A stretch of 32,000 bases of DNA, taken from positions 1,740,001-1,772,000 of the forward strand of contig NZ_RSDW01000001.1 in NCBI RefSeq assembly GCF_003945235.1, written 5' to 3'. This document shows positions 30,447-32,000 of this stretch, one piece after another; the first letter of the stretch is position 1, and each line of letters starts with the position of its first letter. A model generated the notes under the pieces. The model did no database searches and had not been told where the DNA came from. It saw only the letters and a list, made by a program, of their open reading frames with translations. Both the position numbers and the translations under genes were made by a program. The DNA comes from Edaphobacter aggregans (GTDB lineage: Bacteria; Acidobacteriota; Terriglobia; Terriglobales; Acidobacteriaceae).

Positions 30447-32000
30447 CTACTCCTCATCCCCCCGCAACTTCGCGATCACTCCAAAGTCCTCAAGAGTAGT
30501 CGTATCGCCCTTCACCTCACCCGTAGTAGCCAGCTCGCGCAGCAGCCGCCGCATAATCTTCCCACTCCGAGTCTTCGGCAGCGCCTCGGTAAACCGCACA
30601 TCATCCGGCCTCGCCAGCGCGCCAATCTCTTTGGCCACCCACTGCCGAATCTCCTGCCGCAACTCTTCGCTGACCGTATGCCCCATCTCCAACGTCACAA
30701 ACGCGCAGATCGCCTGCCCCTTCAAATCATCCGGACGCCCAACCACCGCAGCCTCAGCAACCTTCGGATGCGCCACCAGCGCCGACTCAACCTCCATCGT
30801 GCCCAGCCGGTGACCGCTCACATTCAGCACATCGTCCACGCGTCCCATCAGCCAGTAGTACCCATCCGCATCCCGCCTCGCGCCATCGCCCGTAAAGTAG
30901 CTCCCGGGAATCTCCACCCAATAAGCCTTCTCATACCGCTCAGGATTCCCATACACCGTACGAGCCATCGAAGGCCACGCCGTCCGGAACACCAGCAGCC
31001 CGCCCTTTCCATCCGGAACCGGTTCGCCCTCTTTTGTAACCACTTCAGGCACAATTCCAAAAAACGGCCGCGTAGCCGACCCCGGCTTCGTCGCCACAGC
31101 CCCCGGAATCGGCGCAATCATGATCGCACCCGTCTCCGTCTGCCAGTATGTATCCACAATCGGGCACCGTTCCTTGCCGATCTCGCGATGAAACCACATC
31201 CACGACTCCGGATTGATCGGCTCTCCCACCGTCCCCAACAGCCTTAGCGAAGCCAGGGAGTGCTTCCGCACCCACTCCGCGCCCCACTTCGTAAACGCCC
31301 GAATCGCCGTCGGAGCCGTATAGAACACCGTCACCTTATGCGCGTCAATAATCTTCCAGAATCGATCAAACTCCGGCCAATTCGGCGCGCCCTCATACAT
31401 CACCACCGTCGCACCATTCTGCAACGGCCCATACACAACATAGCTATGACCCGTCACCCACCCAACATCCGCGGTGCACCAATAAACATCGTCTTCCTGC
31501 AAATCGAACACATACTTACTCGTCAAATAAGTCTGCACCGAGTACCCGCCCGTCGTATGCACCAGTCCCTTCGGCTTCCCTGTCGTCCCCGACGTATACA
31601 GCAAATACAGCGGATCCTCAGCATCCATCCACTCCGGCGCACACTCATGCTCCGCTGCCAGTAGCGCCTCATCCCACCAGATATCGCGCCCTTCCTTCAT
31701 CTTCACTGCTGTATCCGACCGCCGATACACCACCACATGCTTCACCGTCGGACACTGCTCCAGCGCCTCATCCACAATCGCCTTCAGCTTGATCTCCGTG
31801 CCACGCCTGTAGCTCGAGTCCTGCGTAATCACCGCGACGCACTCCGAGTCATTCACGCGATCCACAATCGCATGAGCCGCAAACCCGCCAAAGATCACCG
31901 AATGTACCGCGCCAATCCGAGCACAAGCCAGCAGCGCAATCGCCAGCTCCGGACACATCCCCATATACACAGCGACCCGATCGCCCTTCTTGATCCCCAA
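30447..32000 (-). CDS. acs: Acetyl-CoA synthetase (AMP-forming), C-terminal 517 codons (N-terminus off the right edge)
   Basis: ...[19 protein letters not shown]...[14 protein letters not shown]...[32 protein letters not shown]...[15 protein letters not shown] are canonical Acs/AMP-binding motifs. The ORF is open to the window edge. Confidence 0.95.
   Translation of the reverse strand: MGIKKGDRVAVYMGMCPELAIALLACARIGAVHSVIFGGFAAHAIVDRVNDSECVAVITQDSSYRRGTEIKLKAIVDEALEQCPTVKHVVVYRRSDTAVKMKEGRDIWWDEALLAAEHECAPEWMDAEDPLYLLYTSGTTGKPKGLVHTTGGYSVQTYLTSKYVFDLQEDDVYWCTADVGWVTGHSYVVYGPLQNGATVVMYEGAPNWPEFDRFWKIIDAHKVTVFYTAPTAIRAFTKWGAEWVRKHSLASLRLLGTVGEPINPESWMWFHREIGKERCPIVDTYWQTETGAIMIAPIPGAVATKPGSATRPFFGIVPEVVTKEGEPVPDGKGGLLVFRTAWPSMARTVYGNPERYEKAYWVEIPGSYFTGDGARRDADGYYWLMGRVDDVLNVSGHRLGTMEVESALVAHPKVAEAAVVGRPDDLKGQAICAFVTLEMGHTVSEELRQEIRQWVAKEIGALARPDDVRFTEALPKTRSGKIMRRLLRELATTGEVKGDTTTLEDFGVIAKLRGDEE

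Overview
High-GC bacterial chromosomal segment (about 60% G+C) with a strong C>G excess on the given strand. It is probably from Acidobacteriota; that is an inference from gene content and a hairpin-repeat/GIY-YIG combination I recall from that phylum. The left half (1-15.1 kb, minus strand) is a division/cell-wall (dcw) cluster: mraZ-rsmH-ftsL-ftsI-murE-murF-mraY-murD-ftsW-murG and then murC, which runs off the left edge. A triple GTGG(A/T) MraZ operator at 10-bp spacing lies upstream of mraZ. The cluster is interrupted between murG and murC by 1.7 kb. This insert carries an opposite-strand gene for a secreted YXWGXW-repeat, Gly/Tyr/Asn/His-rich protein and a ~300-bp AT-rich, ORF-free island with repeated TAGATAC motifs and an orphan terminator. 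The middle holds a DUF2127 membrane protein, an SRPBCC protein and dxs. The right half holds the two most interesting candidates. (1) A tightly packed plus-strand operon, divergent from dxs: a 90-aa Cys-containing two-helix protein, an HpnH/DUF3463-like radical SAM enzyme, a class II aldolase/adducin-type protein, an ABC ATPase and a 559-aa exporter permease. I cannot assign this combination to a described pathway. (2) A lower-GC gene abutting the operon tail-to-tail (4 bp between stop codons), encoding cytoplasmic TIR domain - single TM helix - unassigned extracytoplasmic domain, a receptor-like TIR architecture with no known partner genes nearby. The rest comprises a DAACS symporter, a secreted DUF4440/SnoaL-like protein, an orphan GAF-3xPAS histidine kinase, a REP-like hairpin/T-rich repeat array next to a GIY-YIG gene, a VOC protein and acs (partial). 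I saw no rRNA, tRNA, CRISPR array, transposase or integrase. All family assignments come from reading motifs by eye and need HMM or structure confirmation.
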